A program made the translations under genes and the position numbers. Shown in pieces: positions 1-9,262 of a stretch of 64,000 nt of DNA. The notes beneath the pieces were generated by a model. The model was not told where the DNA came from and did no database searches. It saw only the letters and a list, made by a program, of their open reading frames with translations. Positions within the stretch are counted from its first letter, which is position 1, and each line of letters begins with the position of its first letter. The stretch spans positions 1,052 through 65,051 of the forward strand of contig CAZRBI010000005.1 in assembly GCA_964598315.1 (NCBI GenBank). Reading direction: 5' to 3'. Source of the stretch: an uncultured Oscillospiraceae bacterium. GTDB lineage: Bacteria; Bacillota; Clostridia; Christensenellales; CAG-314.

Positions 1-34
1 ACAAAAAACATTTTGCCTTTGTTGAAGCAACGTT

Positions 35-1948
35 ATGAAAGTAAAAAACATTGCCGGATTCAAAAGTATACGAGCTTTTGTCAATCACAAAATTCAGCTT
101 TTAAGAAATTCCGACAAATCCATGAAAGCTCTTTACGAACTGATGTTTTCCGAAAGCGAAAACGTGATGTTCGAGGAATCCGACGGGTTCAAAATAATCA
201 AAACAACCTATGGCCAAGCGAGAGAATCGGTGGAAAACATTTGCCCGATCATACGCAACCGAATTGACGCAAAAAGCGGCACTGTCGTTGGCATCTACAT
301 GGACAATTCACCGCTGATGCTTGCCGTGTTTTGGGCAGTGTTGAAGGCAGGGTTCAATCCGTTGTTGCTCAACATGCGTCTGCCTGACAGTGTTATCGAA
401 AACACAGTTGCCGAGATGAACGCCGCGGCAATAATATCTGACGGAAAACAATTTGACTCAAACACAATTTTGGCACAAGATCTTCAAAAAGAAAGCACAA
501 ATTCGTCGGACGCAGCGGTGCAATTCGGAAATGAGTTCTACGTTATGTCTTCCGGAAGTTCTTCGCTCAAAATTTGCGCCTACACTTCCGAAAAAGTTGT
601 CGAAATCATCGAAAACAGTTTGTACGTTCTCAAAAAGAACAAAAACGTTCCCAAACACTACAACGGAGAGTTGAAGTTGCTCACTGTTTTGCCGTTCTAC
701 CACATTTTCGGGTTTGTGGCGGTGTACTTGTGGTTTGCGTTTTTTTCAAGAACTTTTGTCACGCTCAAAAATCTCAGCCCTTCGGTTGTGCAGAACACAA
801 TCAAGCGGCACAAAGTCACACACGTTTTCGCGGTGCCTCTTTTTTGGAACAGCGTGCGTTCACGTGCGTTGGCAGAGATAAATTCTCGAGGCGAACAAAC
901 AGTTGCACGGTTTGAAAAAGGCCTTAACGTATGCAAAAAATTGGGCAATTCCGCAGCAGGAAAAGCATTCAGAAAAGCGGCGTTCAAGGAAGTGCGCGAA
1001 AAACTTTTCGGAGAAAGCATCTGTTGCATGATAAGCGGCGGAAGTTCAATTTCGAGTGAAACTTTGGAATTTTTCAATGGGATAGGGTATCCGCTTGTCA
1101 ACGGCTACGGCATGTCCGAAATAGGCATCACTTCGGTGGAATTGTCCGACAACTACAAGGATATCGTCAGTTGTTCGATAGGCACTCCGTTCCCTTCGGT
1201 AAACTATAAAATTGAAAACGGCTTGTTGTCCGTCAAAGGCAGTTCTTTGGCGTCGTACGTCATCGAAAACGGTCGCAAGATTGCTTTGGACGGGTGGTAC
1301 CACACGGCAGATTTGGCCGTGCAGAAGAAGGGCAAGTATTTTCTTCTTGGTCGTCAAGACGATTTGATTGTGTCCGTCACGGGGGAAAACATCAATCCCA
1401 ACGAAGTGGAAAGGTTGCTCACCGTCAAGGGCGTTGAAGGAACTTGCTTGCTAGATGTGGACGGTGCGTTGCCCGTGCTTTTGGTTTCCACCGGCAAACA
1501 CGTGGGCGAAGACAAAGTCAACGACGTGACCAACCGCATCAAAGCGCGCATGGAGCAAAACAACCTTGTTTCTCAAATAGGGAAAATATGTGTTGTTTTC
1601 GAACCGCTTGTCAAGGGGGACGAATTCAAACTTAACAGAAAGCGTCTCAAAAACGACTATCTACACGGCAGATTGAAGACGTTTTCCGACGAAAATAGTT
1701 GTGACGGCGACGTTTCCGACGAGTTGACACGGAAAATTCGCGAGTACTTTGCCGTTGCCTTGGGTAAACAGCCGCAAGACGTAGGATTGTCGACAGATTT
1801 CTTCTTGGACGAGGGTGGAACAAGCATCGACTACTTTGCGCTTATTGCCAAGTTACAACAAGATTTCAACGTCAATTTCCCGTCCGTTTCGGAAAACGGA
1901 ATAAAAACCGTGCAAGAAATGTCCGCTTATATCGAAAAACAACTATGA
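35..1948 (+). CDS. AMP-dependent acyl ligase (adenylation domain) fused to a C-terminal acyl/peptidyl carrier domain
   Basis: Adenylation motifs LPFYHIFG, NGYGMSE, WYHTADL, LGRQDDLIVSVTGENINPNEVE; degenerate P-loop YVMSSGSSSLK; the last ~75 aa carry the carrier motif DFFLDEGGTSIDY. Confidence 0.85.
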   Translation: MKVKNIAGFKSIRAFVNHKIQLLRNSDKSMKALYELMFSESENVMFEESDGFKIIKTTYGQARESVENICPIIRNRIDAKSGTVVGIYMDNSPLMLAVFWAVLKAGFNPLLLNMRLPDSVIENTVAEMNAAAIISDGKQFDSNTILAQDLQKESTNSSDAAVQFGNEFYVMSSGSSSLKICAYTSEKVVEIIENSLYVLKKNKNVPKHYNGELKLLTVLPFYHIFGFVAVYLWFAFFSRTFVTLKNLSPSVVQNTIKRHKVTHVFAVPLFWNSVRSRALAEINSRGEQTVARFEKGLNVCKKLGNSAAGKAFRKAAFKEVREKLFGESICCMISGGSSISSETLEFFNGIGYPLVNGYGMSEIGITSVELSDNYKDIVSCSIGTPFPSVNYKIENGLLSVKGSSLASYVIENGRKIALDGWYHTADLAVQKKGKYFLLGRQDDLIVSVTGENINPNEVERLLTVKGVEGTCLLDVDGALPVLLVSTGKHVGEDKVNDVTNRIKARMEQNNLVSQIGKICVVFEPLVKGDEFKLNRKRLKNDYLHGRLKTFSDENSCDGDVSDELTRKIREYFAVALGKQPQDVGLSTDFFLDEGGTSIDYFALIAKLQQDFNVNFPSVSENGIKTVQEMSAYIEKQL

Positions 1949-2586
1949 AAGCATTTTTCAATTGGTTCGTAAAAATCACGGCATATCCCGTGCAAAAACT
2001 TGTGTTTCGCACGAAGATTTATTACGAAGACAAAAAGGTTCAATCGAGAAAGATAAAGGGGCCGGCAATGGTGGTGTCCAACCACACTTCCGTGTACGAC
2101 TACGCCGTCGAGTTGTTCGTTTTCTTTTCCCGCACGGTAAACTATCAAATGGCCGAAGTGTTGTTCGAAAAAAAGCCGCTGGGTTCTTTTTTGAAGGCGC
2201 TTGGCGGAATAAAGGTGGACAGACAGGCTTTCGATTTCGGATTTATCGAAAAATCCAAGGAAATTTTGGATAAAGGCGGCGTCGTCGGTGTTTTTCCGGA
2301 AAGTCGCATTCCCAAAGAGGGCGAGCAACGTCCGTTGGAATTCAAACCCAGTGCGGCATATCTTGCCTTGTACGCGTCCGTTCCCGTTGTTCCCGTGTAC
2401 ACCGACGGTGAATATTTCGGCAAAAAACGCGCACGCGTGATTATAGGTAAACCGTTTGTTGCAAGCGACTACTTGGACGAAACAAAAACTCAAAAAGAAA
2501 ACATAGCATTTATTTCCGAAAAACTGCGCGAAAGAATAATACAATTGGGTGTACTGCTAGATGAAAAAAGAAAAGAAAAACGCTAA
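1945..2586 (+). CDS. PlsC-family lysophospholipid acyltransferase
   Basis: HX4D motif NHTSVYD; block III VFPES; VPVVPV; ATGA-type overlap with the upstream gene. Confidence 0.9.
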   Translation: MKAFFNWFVKITAYPVQKLVFRTKIYYEDKKVQSRKIKGPAMVVSNHTSVYDYAVELFVFFSRTVNYQMAEVLFEKKPLGSFLKALGGIKVDRQAFDFGFIEKSKEILDKGGVVGVFPESRIPKEGEQRPLEFKPSAAYLALYASVPVVPVYTDGEYFGKKRARVIIGKPFVASDYLDETKTQKENIAFISEKLRERIIQLGVLLDEKRKEKR

Positions 2587-3229
2587 ACACAAAGCACGTT
2601 ATTTTTGGCACGATCTGCTGTGGGGATTGGCTTACTTGCCCGGGTGGCTGTGGATGCGTCCCAAAAACTACTTTGTCAGCGAAAAAGCCAAACAAAAAAT
2701 CAAAGGCGGAGCGTTGGTTGTTGCAAACCACATCGGTTTTTACGATCCGGTGTATATGATGATGTCGCTTTATTATCGTCGACAACATTTTGTGGCAACA
2801 AAGGAATTGTTTTCCAACAAATTTAAAAAATTTCTTTTTGAAAAAATCTTTCTTTGCATTTGCGTGGACCGCGACAGTTCCGGATTGTCTACGGTAAGGT
2901 CGGTTATAAACGTTCTCAACGAGGGTGAAGTCGTTTCTCTTTTCCCGGAGGGACACATCAATTTCGAAAACACCGAGGCTCCCAATGCATTTAAGTCGGG
3001 AGTGGTGCTGATGGCGCTCAAAAGCGGTTGTCCGATCGTTCCCATGTACATTCACAAGCGCAAAAACATTTTCAAAAGGCAAGTGACAATCTATGGCGAG
3101 CCGATAACGGTTTCGCTTGCCGAAACAACGTTGCCTGTTATGGAATATATCGACCGGGTGACGAAAAAATTGCAAGAAAAAGAAGCGGAATTGGAAGAAT
3201 TCTACAAAAAAATAACGCAAAAGAGGTGA
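2561..3229 (+). CDS. PlsC-family lysophospholipid acyltransferase (second paralogue)
   Basis: NHIGFYD, LFPEG, FKSG and CPIVP motifs. Confidence 0.9.
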   Translation: MKKEKKNAKHKARYFWHDLLWGLAYLPGWLWMRPKNYFVSEKAKQKIKGGALVVANHIGFYDPVYMMMSLYYRRQHFVATKELFSNKFKKFLFEKIFLCICVDRDSSGLSTVRSVINVLNEGEVVSLFPEGHINFENTEAPNAFKSGVVLMALKSGCPIVPMYIHKRKNIFKRQVTIYGEPITVSLAETTLPVMEYIDRVTKKLQEKEAELEEFYKKITQKR

Positions 3230-3240
3230 AAATAAAAATT

Positions 3241-4758
3241 ATGGAAGCGAAAACAAGAGAATTTTTTGCACAGTATGCAAGCAAGGAAGTTTTTGAAAAA
3301 ATCGTCGAATATCCCGATGTTATCACCATGTGGCAACATTCCGTTTCGGAATATGCAAACGACGTTGCCGTTGTGGACGACGGCAAAAGCTACACGTTTG
3401 CGGATATCGACGCAGACATTGCCAATTTTCGCACTGTTTTGAAAGAAAACGGACTCAAAAAGGGGGACGTGGTTGCGGTGTATACCAAGAATTCTTATGA
3501 TTTTGTCAAAGAATATCTCGCGGCAGAAACGTTTGGTTTGGCAGTTGCCATTTTGCCGGCACACCTTCCCGAAGCGGCCGTTTTGGGATGTTCCGTCGGG
3601 TTCGGGCTGAAAGCCATTCTCACCCATGAGCCTCTTGTTCAAAACACAAAATTGGTGGCAGAAAAGAACCCTATCGTGAAAGTTATAACTGCCGATCAAA
3701 CGGCCGATTGTGCAACGGAAGCGGCAACGGTCAATTCAAAAGACCTGTGCGTCATAATGTTCACGGGCGGAACGACGGGTAAAAGCAAAGGAGTCAAACT
3801 TTCTCACGGCGCAATGTTGCAAGGCACGGTGAACGGTTGCTACGGATATCCCGACGTTTTCAAACAAAGGTATATTCTTGTTTTGCCGTTGTCGCACGTG
3901 TTCGGTCTTATTCGAAATTTGATGACTTCGCTCTACACCGGCAGCACTATTTTTATTTGTCGCAACAACAAAGACATGTTCCGCGATATAGCCGTTTTCA
4001 AACCGACGTTTTTGGTGACGGTGCCGGCCTTGGCGGAAATGGCACTGGGCCTTTCTCGTCAATTCGGCAAAAACATGTTGGGGCCGGACCTCAAATACAT
4101 TATTTGCGGAGCCGCCAACGTTGCGCCCTATCTTGTGACGGAGTACCAAAAAATAGGCATTGCCTTGTTCCCCGGATATGGTCTTACGGAAACGGCAAAC
4201 CTTGTCACAGGCAACGTGGAAAATCTCAAAAAGCCTGCATCTATCGGTGTGCCGTATCCCAACCAAGAACTGAAAATTGTGGACGGCGAACTGTGGATCA
4301 AGGGTAAAAACATGATGGACGGCTACGTCTCCGCAGAAGACACGGAAGCGGCCTACGAAGACGGATGGTTCAAAACGGGAGATTTGGTGAAGGTGGATGA
4401 AGACGGCTTCTACTACGTTGTTGGCCGAATCAAAGAATTGATTGTTCTTCCCAACGGCGAAAACGTTTCTCCTGCAGAAGTTGAAGCAAGTTTCAACGAA
4501 ATTCCGTTTGTTCAAGATTCTCAACTGTACGAAGACGTGGACGAAAGCGGAAAACATTTTCTCGCGTTGGAAATTGTTCCCAGGGCATCTGTCGTTGCAA
4601 AAATTCCGGCAGAGGATAAAGTTGCCTACATGAAAAAGGAATTGGAAAGGGTGAATCTTTCTTTGCCCTCGTTCCAACAGGCAGCAAAGTTGATCATTCG
4701 TGAAAAAGATTTTGAAAGAACGCCTAGTATGAAAATTGCGAGGTACAAAAAATGCTAA
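3241..4758 (+). CDS. Long-chain fatty acid-CoA/ACP ligase (class I adenylate-forming enzyme)
   Basis: MFTGGTTGKSKGV P-loop, GYGLTET, WFKTGDL, GRIKELI, TPSMKI. Start moved to the ATG at 3241, downstream of AGAGGTG. Confidence 0.9.
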   Translation: MEAKTREFFAQYASKEVFEKIVEYPDVITMWQHSVSEYANDVAVVDDGKSYTFADIDADIANFRTVLKENGLKKGDVVAVYTKNSYDFVKEYLAAETFGLAVAILPAHLPEAAVLGCSVGFGLKAILTHEPLVQNTKLVAEKNPIVKVITADQTADCATEAATVNSKDLCVIMFTGGTTGKSKGVKLSHGAMLQGTVNGCYGYPDVFKQRYILVLPLSHVFGLIRNLMTSLYTGSTIFICRNNKDMFRDIAVFKPTFLVTVPALAEMALGLSRQFGKNMLGPDLKYIICGAANVAPYLVTEYQKIGIALFPGYGLTETANLVTGNVENLKKPASIGVPYPNQELKIVDGELWIKGKNMMDGYVSAEDTEAAYEDGWFKTGDLVKVDEDGFYYVVGRIKELIVLPNGENVSPAEVEASFNEIPFVQDSQLYEDVDESGKHFLALEIVPRASVVAKIPAEDKVAYMKKELERVNLSLPSFQQAAKLIIREKDFERTPSMKIARYKKC

Positions 4759-5000
4759 GTCGTGCGGAAATACTTGAAAAACTGAAAGGCATTTTGTTGC
4801 AAATGGATCCCAATTCCGCAAGCAAAATGTCCGGTGTCACCGAAGACACAAAATTGCTCACAGAGCTTGGAATGGGATCCGTAAGTATGCTGTACATGGT
4901 GATTGCCGTGGAAGAAACGTTCGGCATCGTGTTCGACAGTGACCAATTGTTCACGACTGTCGGACAAGTGATAGATTTCATTCAAGGCAAACTTCAATGA
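4752..5000 (+). CDS. Acyl carrier protein
   Basis: 82-aa acidic protein; ELGMGSVSML attachment site, VEETFGI, TVGQVIDFI. Confidence 0.85.
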   Translation: MLSRAEILEKLKGILLQMDPNSASKMSGVTEDTKLLTELGMGSVSMLYMVIAVEETFGIVFDSDQLFTTVGQVIDFIQGKLQ

Positions 5001-6013
5001 AATGGCAAACAGATGATTGCAAATGCGGCGATATCGTCCGTGTGAAGGACGGCGCCGTCTACCACTTCGGAATTTTTGTTTCCGAAGACGAAGTGATTGC
5101 TTTCGGCCGAGTGCCGTCCTACTACCTGACGGTGGGGCGCGGTGAAAAAATAGTGGTGCTGTCAACTTCGGCAAAAGATTTTGCTAACGGCAATTTTGTC
5201 GAAAGGGGCATTCCCGAAAAGACCGAGAAAAAACAATTGCGGCCGCAAAGCGAAATTGTCGCGACGGCAAGAAGACGTTTGGGCGAAGACGGTTACAACG
5301 TCATTCATAACAATTGCGAGCATTTTGTCAACGAGTGCGCTTTTGGCATCAGAAGGAGCGCACAGGAAGAAGAGATGCGCCGTCGGTGGAATGCTCGTCC
5401 GAAGTTGGACGTTTACGTGTGTTTGGACGGTAGCGCGCCGCAAGCGGACTATGTTCCGGAAGAAAGATTGCGGTTGTTGAAAGAAATAAGCAACGAAAAG
5501 CTGTTGCAGGAAAAGAATTTGACCTGGAATTTGCTTTCCTGCGCGATAGGCAACTCTTTTCACTACAACACAAAAGAATTGAAGTTTCGACTGCAAAAAA
5601 ACGGCAAGTGGATTTGCGATAAATTGCATTTTTCGCTATCCCATTCCAACGGGGTGGCCGTTGCCGCCGTTTCCAACGCGCCGTGCGGTGTGGACGTTGA
5701 AAACATCGAGAAGTTTTTGCAAAAATGTAGCGATAACGCTTTTGTAACGGCGTTTTCGCAAAAAATAGGTTGCGATTCCGTCGATGCAATGTGTCTGTTG
5801 AAAAGTTGGACGGGCAAGGAAAGTGTCTACAAATCACGGGGCAAGGGGCATTTTGTGCCGCGTGGCGTTGGCACTGACAACAAGGTTAAGTACGTGCGCA
5901 TCGAAGACTATTTGATTGCCGTCGTCGGAGAAAACGACTGCACGGCCAACTACTATTTGGTGGAAAACGGAAAGAGCAGACTGATGTTCAAAGGAGATTA
6001 CGAGTGGATTTAA
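4997..6013 (+). CDS. Fusion of an N-terminal LRAT-like (permuted NlpC/P60) acyltransferase/phospholipase domain and a C-terminal Sfp-type 4'-phosphopantetheinyl transferase
   Basis: N-terminal GDIVRV..YHFGIFV and YNVIHNNCEHFVNEC (LRAT NCEHF signature); C-terminal NGK, FSLSHS, GVDVE, WTGKESVYKS (Sfp motifs). Confidence 0.85.
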   Translation: MKWQTDDCKCGDIVRVKDGAVYHFGIFVSEDEVIAFGRVPSYYLTVGRGEKIVVLSTSAKDFANGNFVERGIPEKTEKKQLRPQSEIVATARRRLGEDGYNVIHNNCEHFVNECAFGIRRSAQEEEMRRRWNARPKLDVYVCLDGSAPQADYVPEERLRLLKEISNEKLLQEKNLTWNLLSCAIGNSFHYNTKELKFRLQKNGKWICDKLHFSLSHSNGVAVAAVSNAPCGVDVENIEKFLQKCSDNAFVTAFSQKIGCDSVDAMCLLKSWTGKESVYKSRGKGHFVPRGVGTDNKVKYVRIEDYLIAVVGENDCTANYYLVENGKSRLMFKGDYEWI

Positions 6014-6936
6014 CGTGGATAATTGTTGTTCTTTCTGTATTTGCGTTTTTGTTGGTTGGATTTGTCGTTTCGTATGTCATTGTGAATCGTGTGATGTTCG
6101 CCAAATTTTTCAAAAGGGCCAAGGACGAAGATATTTTGTCAGTTTCGCTCAAAGACGCGTACTACGACGAGTGTCGTGACGAAATGAAATCTGCCGCAAA
6201 ATCGTTGGAACAATTGCCCTACGAAATTGTCACAACAACGTCAAAAGACGGAATTTTGCTTTCTGCAAAACACTATTGTCGCGGAAAAGACAAGCTGATT
6301 GTGTTTGTACACGGTGTTCATTCGTATCCGCCCTATTGTTTCGGCGTTTTTGCGTTGGAAGCGTATAACAAAGGGTACGATTTGTTGATTGTCGACCAGC
6401 GCGCACATTGGCAAAGCGGCGGACAGTACATAACCTACGGCAACAAAGAAAGCGACGATTTGTTGTGTTGGTTGGAAAAAATCGATAACGTAAGTGAAAT
6501 TTTTTGTTTTGGTGTTTCAATGGGGGCCGCAACACTGGGCTTTGCATCGGATAAAATTCGTGATACCAGGGTGAAAGCGTTGGTGATGGATTGCGGATAC
6601 ACCTCGACGCAGAATCTTATCGAACATCTTTTGGACGCGAGAGGCGTTCCGTTGCTTTTGTTCAAACCGGCAATGCGTTGGGGAAAAACAATGGCAGATG
6701 CCATGACAAACAACACGGAAAATTGTTTGAAAAACACCAAAATACCCGTCATGTTTGTTCACGGGGATGCAGACACCGTGGTGCCTGTTTCGGCAACGAA
6801 AAAGAACTACGAAGCGTGTGCTTCGAAAAAGAATTTGGAAATCGTTCCAAACGCCGGTCACGCTTGTTCAACGGTTATCGGCGGTGAAAAGCTAAGAACA
6901 AAAATTTTTGATTTTCTAGGAGGTACAAATGAGTAG
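6004..6936 (+). CDS. Membrane-anchored alpha/beta hydrolase (lysophospholipase/monoacylglycerol lipase-like)
   Basis: N-terminal TM helix; VHG oxyanion motif, DQRAH, GVSMG nucleophile elbow, HGDADTVVP, AGH; GTG start after GGAG. Confidence 0.85.
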   Translation: MDLTWIIVVLSVFAFLLVGFVVSYVIVNRVMFAKFFKRAKDEDILSVSLKDAYYDECRDEMKSAAKSLEQLPYEIVTTTSKDGILLSAKHYCRGKDKLIVFVHGVHSYPPYCFGVFALEAYNKGYDLLIVDQRAHWQSGGQYITYGNKESDDLLCWLEKIDNVSEIFCFGVSMGAATLGFASDKIRDTRVKALVMDCGYTSTQNLIEHLLDARGVPLLLFKPAMRWGKTMADAMTNNTENCLKNTKIPVMFVHGDADTVVPVSATKKNYEACASKKNLEIVPNAGHACSTVIGGEKLRTKIFDFLGGTNE

Positions 6937-7864
6937 ACCATTCGTTATTTTGCCAGACGTCACGTGTGACTTAAGCGAAGAATTGCGACAAGAATTTAAT
7001 ATCGAATTTATCGGAGGCCATCTCAAAACTCTCGACGGCCAAGACAGACCGTCAGGATTGAAATGGGAGGGAATGACTTCGGAAGAGTTCTACAAACAAC
7101 TGAAAGCATCTCCGGACGATTTTGCAACAGCACCTCCCAATATTCAAGAATGTATCGATGCATTCGAAGAAAGGGTCAAAAACGGCCAAGACGTGTTGGC
7201 AATTGCCATTTCTTCGGGCATTTCCGGCACCTACAATTTCATGTGCGATGCCGCCAAACACGTCAAGGAAAAATATCCCCTTGCCCACATACGTGTCATC
7301 GATTCCATGAGATATAGTTCCGGAATGGGCATTTTGGCAATATATGCATCCATTTTGCGCAGCAACGGCAAAAGTATCGACGAGGCTGCCGATTGGATAG
7401 AAGAAAACAAAAACAGAGTTCACCAATCCGGTTGGTTGGATGATCTTTCGTTTGTGGCAAAAAAAGGCAGAATAACGGCTGCAAAAGCATTTTTCGGCAC
7501 CCTTGCAGGCGTAAAACCGATTGGCGAATTCGACTACAACGGTCTTGTCACGTCGATAGGACGAGCCAAGGGAGAAAAGCAAGCCTACAAAGTGTTGCTT
7601 GGTTACATCGAAAAGACCATCGAAAATCCCGAAGAAAGTATCATTCTTATTGCCACTTCCGACAGAAAAAAACAAGCGGAAGCGTACAAAACGATGATAG
7701 AAGAAAAATTCCATCCCAAAGCCATCTATATGAACAGCGTTTTCCCTGCGTGCGGTGTCAACATCGGCCCGGGATTGATGGCTGCATACTATTTGGGCAA
7801 ACCCATTTCGCAAGGTTTGACAGACGAAAGAAAAATATTGGCCGATTTGTTGTCGGCAAAGTGA
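6929..7864 (+). CDS. fakB: DegV-family fatty acid-binding protein (FakB)
   Basis: DVTCDL, TAPP, ISSGISGTY, VIDS, KKGRI, VKPI and GPG motifs of DegV. Confidence 0.85.
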   Translation: MSRPFVILPDVTCDLSEELRQEFNIEFIGGHLKTLDGQDRPSGLKWEGMTSEEFYKQLKASPDDFATAPPNIQECIDAFEERVKNGQDVLAIAISSGISGTYNFMCDAAKHVKEKYPLAHIRVIDSMRYSSGMGILAIYASILRSNGKSIDEAADWIEENKNRVHQSGWLDDLSFVAKKGRITAAKAFFGTLAGVKPIGEFDYNGLVTSIGRAKGEKQAYKVLLGYIEKTIENPEESIILIATSDRKKQAEAYKTMIEEKFHPKAIYMNSVFPACGVNIGPGLMAAYYLGKPISQGLTDERKILADLLSAK

Positions 7865-7880
7865 TGCGAACGTTCGCATC
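7863..7880. repeat. Perfect 18-bp palindrome GATGCGAACGTTCGCATC overlapping the degV stop codon
   Basis: The sequence equals its own reverse complement; no U-tract follows. Confidence 0.7.
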
Positions 7881-7894
7881 GGCGAGGAGAATGT

Positions 7895-9262
7895 ATGAAA
7901 CTACTTAGAAGCAGAAGAAAAATGTTTTTGTATGCTTGCTCCGCACTGGGGGTAAACTTGCTCAACATAATGGTGGGTTCGTTTTTGTGCAGCGCACTGT
8001 TGATTGGCGGTTTTGGCGAAGATGCCATTCTGAATCAAACTTTTGAAGGAAGAGATTTGGTCATCGGTGGCGCATGGGCGGCATTTGTCGTTATCGCGAA
8101 GATAATTGACGGTGTGATAGACATTCCTATGGCAACGTTCACCGACAATTTGCGTTCCAAGTGGGGGCGTCGTCGTCCCACAATTTTGATAGGCTTGGTA
8201 ATTTTGGTGACGTCTTACGTTGCTTTTGCAATGTACACTCCGCAAAAAGACAGCGCAACGTGGCTCAACACAATCTACTATGGCATCGTTTTGTGTATTT
8301 TCTATTCTTCCTACACTCTCACAATGGTAAGCTACTACGCCACCTTCACGGAAATTGTGGACAACGAAAAGGACAGAAACTTCATTTCCAACGTCAAGTC
8401 GGTGTGCGATATCGTGTATTTTATCATTGGCTATGTTTTGGTTGGAATCATGCTCAAAGGCATCAACATTCGCTACGTATCGTTGCTTGTGCTTCCGTTG
8501 GTGTTGTTTATGCTCATTCCGTTGTTTATGATAAAGGAACCGTCCACCAAAAACGGTGTTGTCAAAGAAGACGGAAAACAAGAAGAAACAGTCAATTTGT
8601 TCAAGTCCATTTTCTACACTCTCAAAGATAAAGATTTCAACTGCTGGATGGTTGTCTACTTCTTTTTGACTTTCGGCGTGCAGTTGTATTTGGGCGGAAT
8701 CAACGAATATTTCTCCTTCACGGGGATGAACATGATGATTGTGATGGTCGCGGCGTTTGCGCCCGTTCCCGCAACGCTGGTGTTGTACAACTATTTGATC
8801 AAGAAAAAGGGTTTCCGTTTTGCAATACAGTACGTTTTGCTCATTTTCGCATTCGCAATGGCAACGCTTTTTTCGGCATCGTTCATTCAAAACAAAACGT
8901 TGCAAACGGTTGTGTGCGTTCTTGGCGGATTGATATGCTCATTTGCCGTCGGCGCAATATTCTCCGTTGCATATTCCATTCCCTCTCAACTTGCGGCAGA
9001 CGACGAAGCAAGAACGGGAATTTCTCACTCGGCAATGTATTTTGCGGTGCAAGGTCTGTTTTCCGGAATTGCAAGCGGCGTTGCCGGCGGAGCAGTGCTT
9101 GTTGCACTCAAGCAGTCTCAAACAATTGACTTTATGACGCTTATTTCCTCAATTGCATGTGTTGTGGCATTTGCATTTACCTACATTTTGCCTCAATCGA
9201 TAGTGAATTTGGGAAAAGAAACTAAGATTATTGAAAGTGCGGATAATTCCGAAGAAAAATGA
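7895..9262 (+). CDS. MFS transporter, MelB/glycoside-pentoside-hexuronide family
   Basis: About 12 TM segments; KIIDGVIDIP cation-site-like motif; TDNLRSKWGRRRP motif. Confidence 0.85.
   Translation: MKLLRSRRKMFLYACSALGVNLLNIMVGSFLCSALLIGGFGEDAILNQTFEGRDLVIGGAWAAFVVIAKIIDGVIDIPMATFTDNLRSKWGRRRPTILIGLVILVTSYVAFAMYTPQKDSATWLNTIYYGIVLCIFYSSYTLTMVSYYATFTEIVDNEKDRNFISNVKSVCDIVYFIIGYVLVGIMLKGINIRYVSLLVLPLVLFMLIPLFMIKEPSTKNGVVKEDGKQEETVNLFKSIFYTLKDKDFNCWMVVYFFLTFGVQLYLGGINEYFSFTGMNMMIVMVAAFAPVPATLVLYNYLIKKKGFRFAIQYVLLIFAFAMATLFSASFIQNKTLQTVVCVLGGLICSFAVGAIFSVAYSIPSQLAADDEARTGISHSAMYFAVQGLFSGIASGVAGGAVLVALKQSQTIDFMTLISSIACVVAFAFTYILPQSIVNLGKETKIIESADNSEEK

Noticed and set aside
3028-3240. N-terminal extension of the ligase ORF, and similar extensions on aroF, aroA, dxs, the permeases and the ATPase
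   Set aside because: They overlap upstream genes or promoters; downstream starts with an RBS fit the family N-termini better.
35-6013. Classical NRPS/PKS cluster
   Set aside because: Adenylation, carrier and PPTase functions are present but no condensation or ketosynthase domain; genes upstream of the window cannot be seen.
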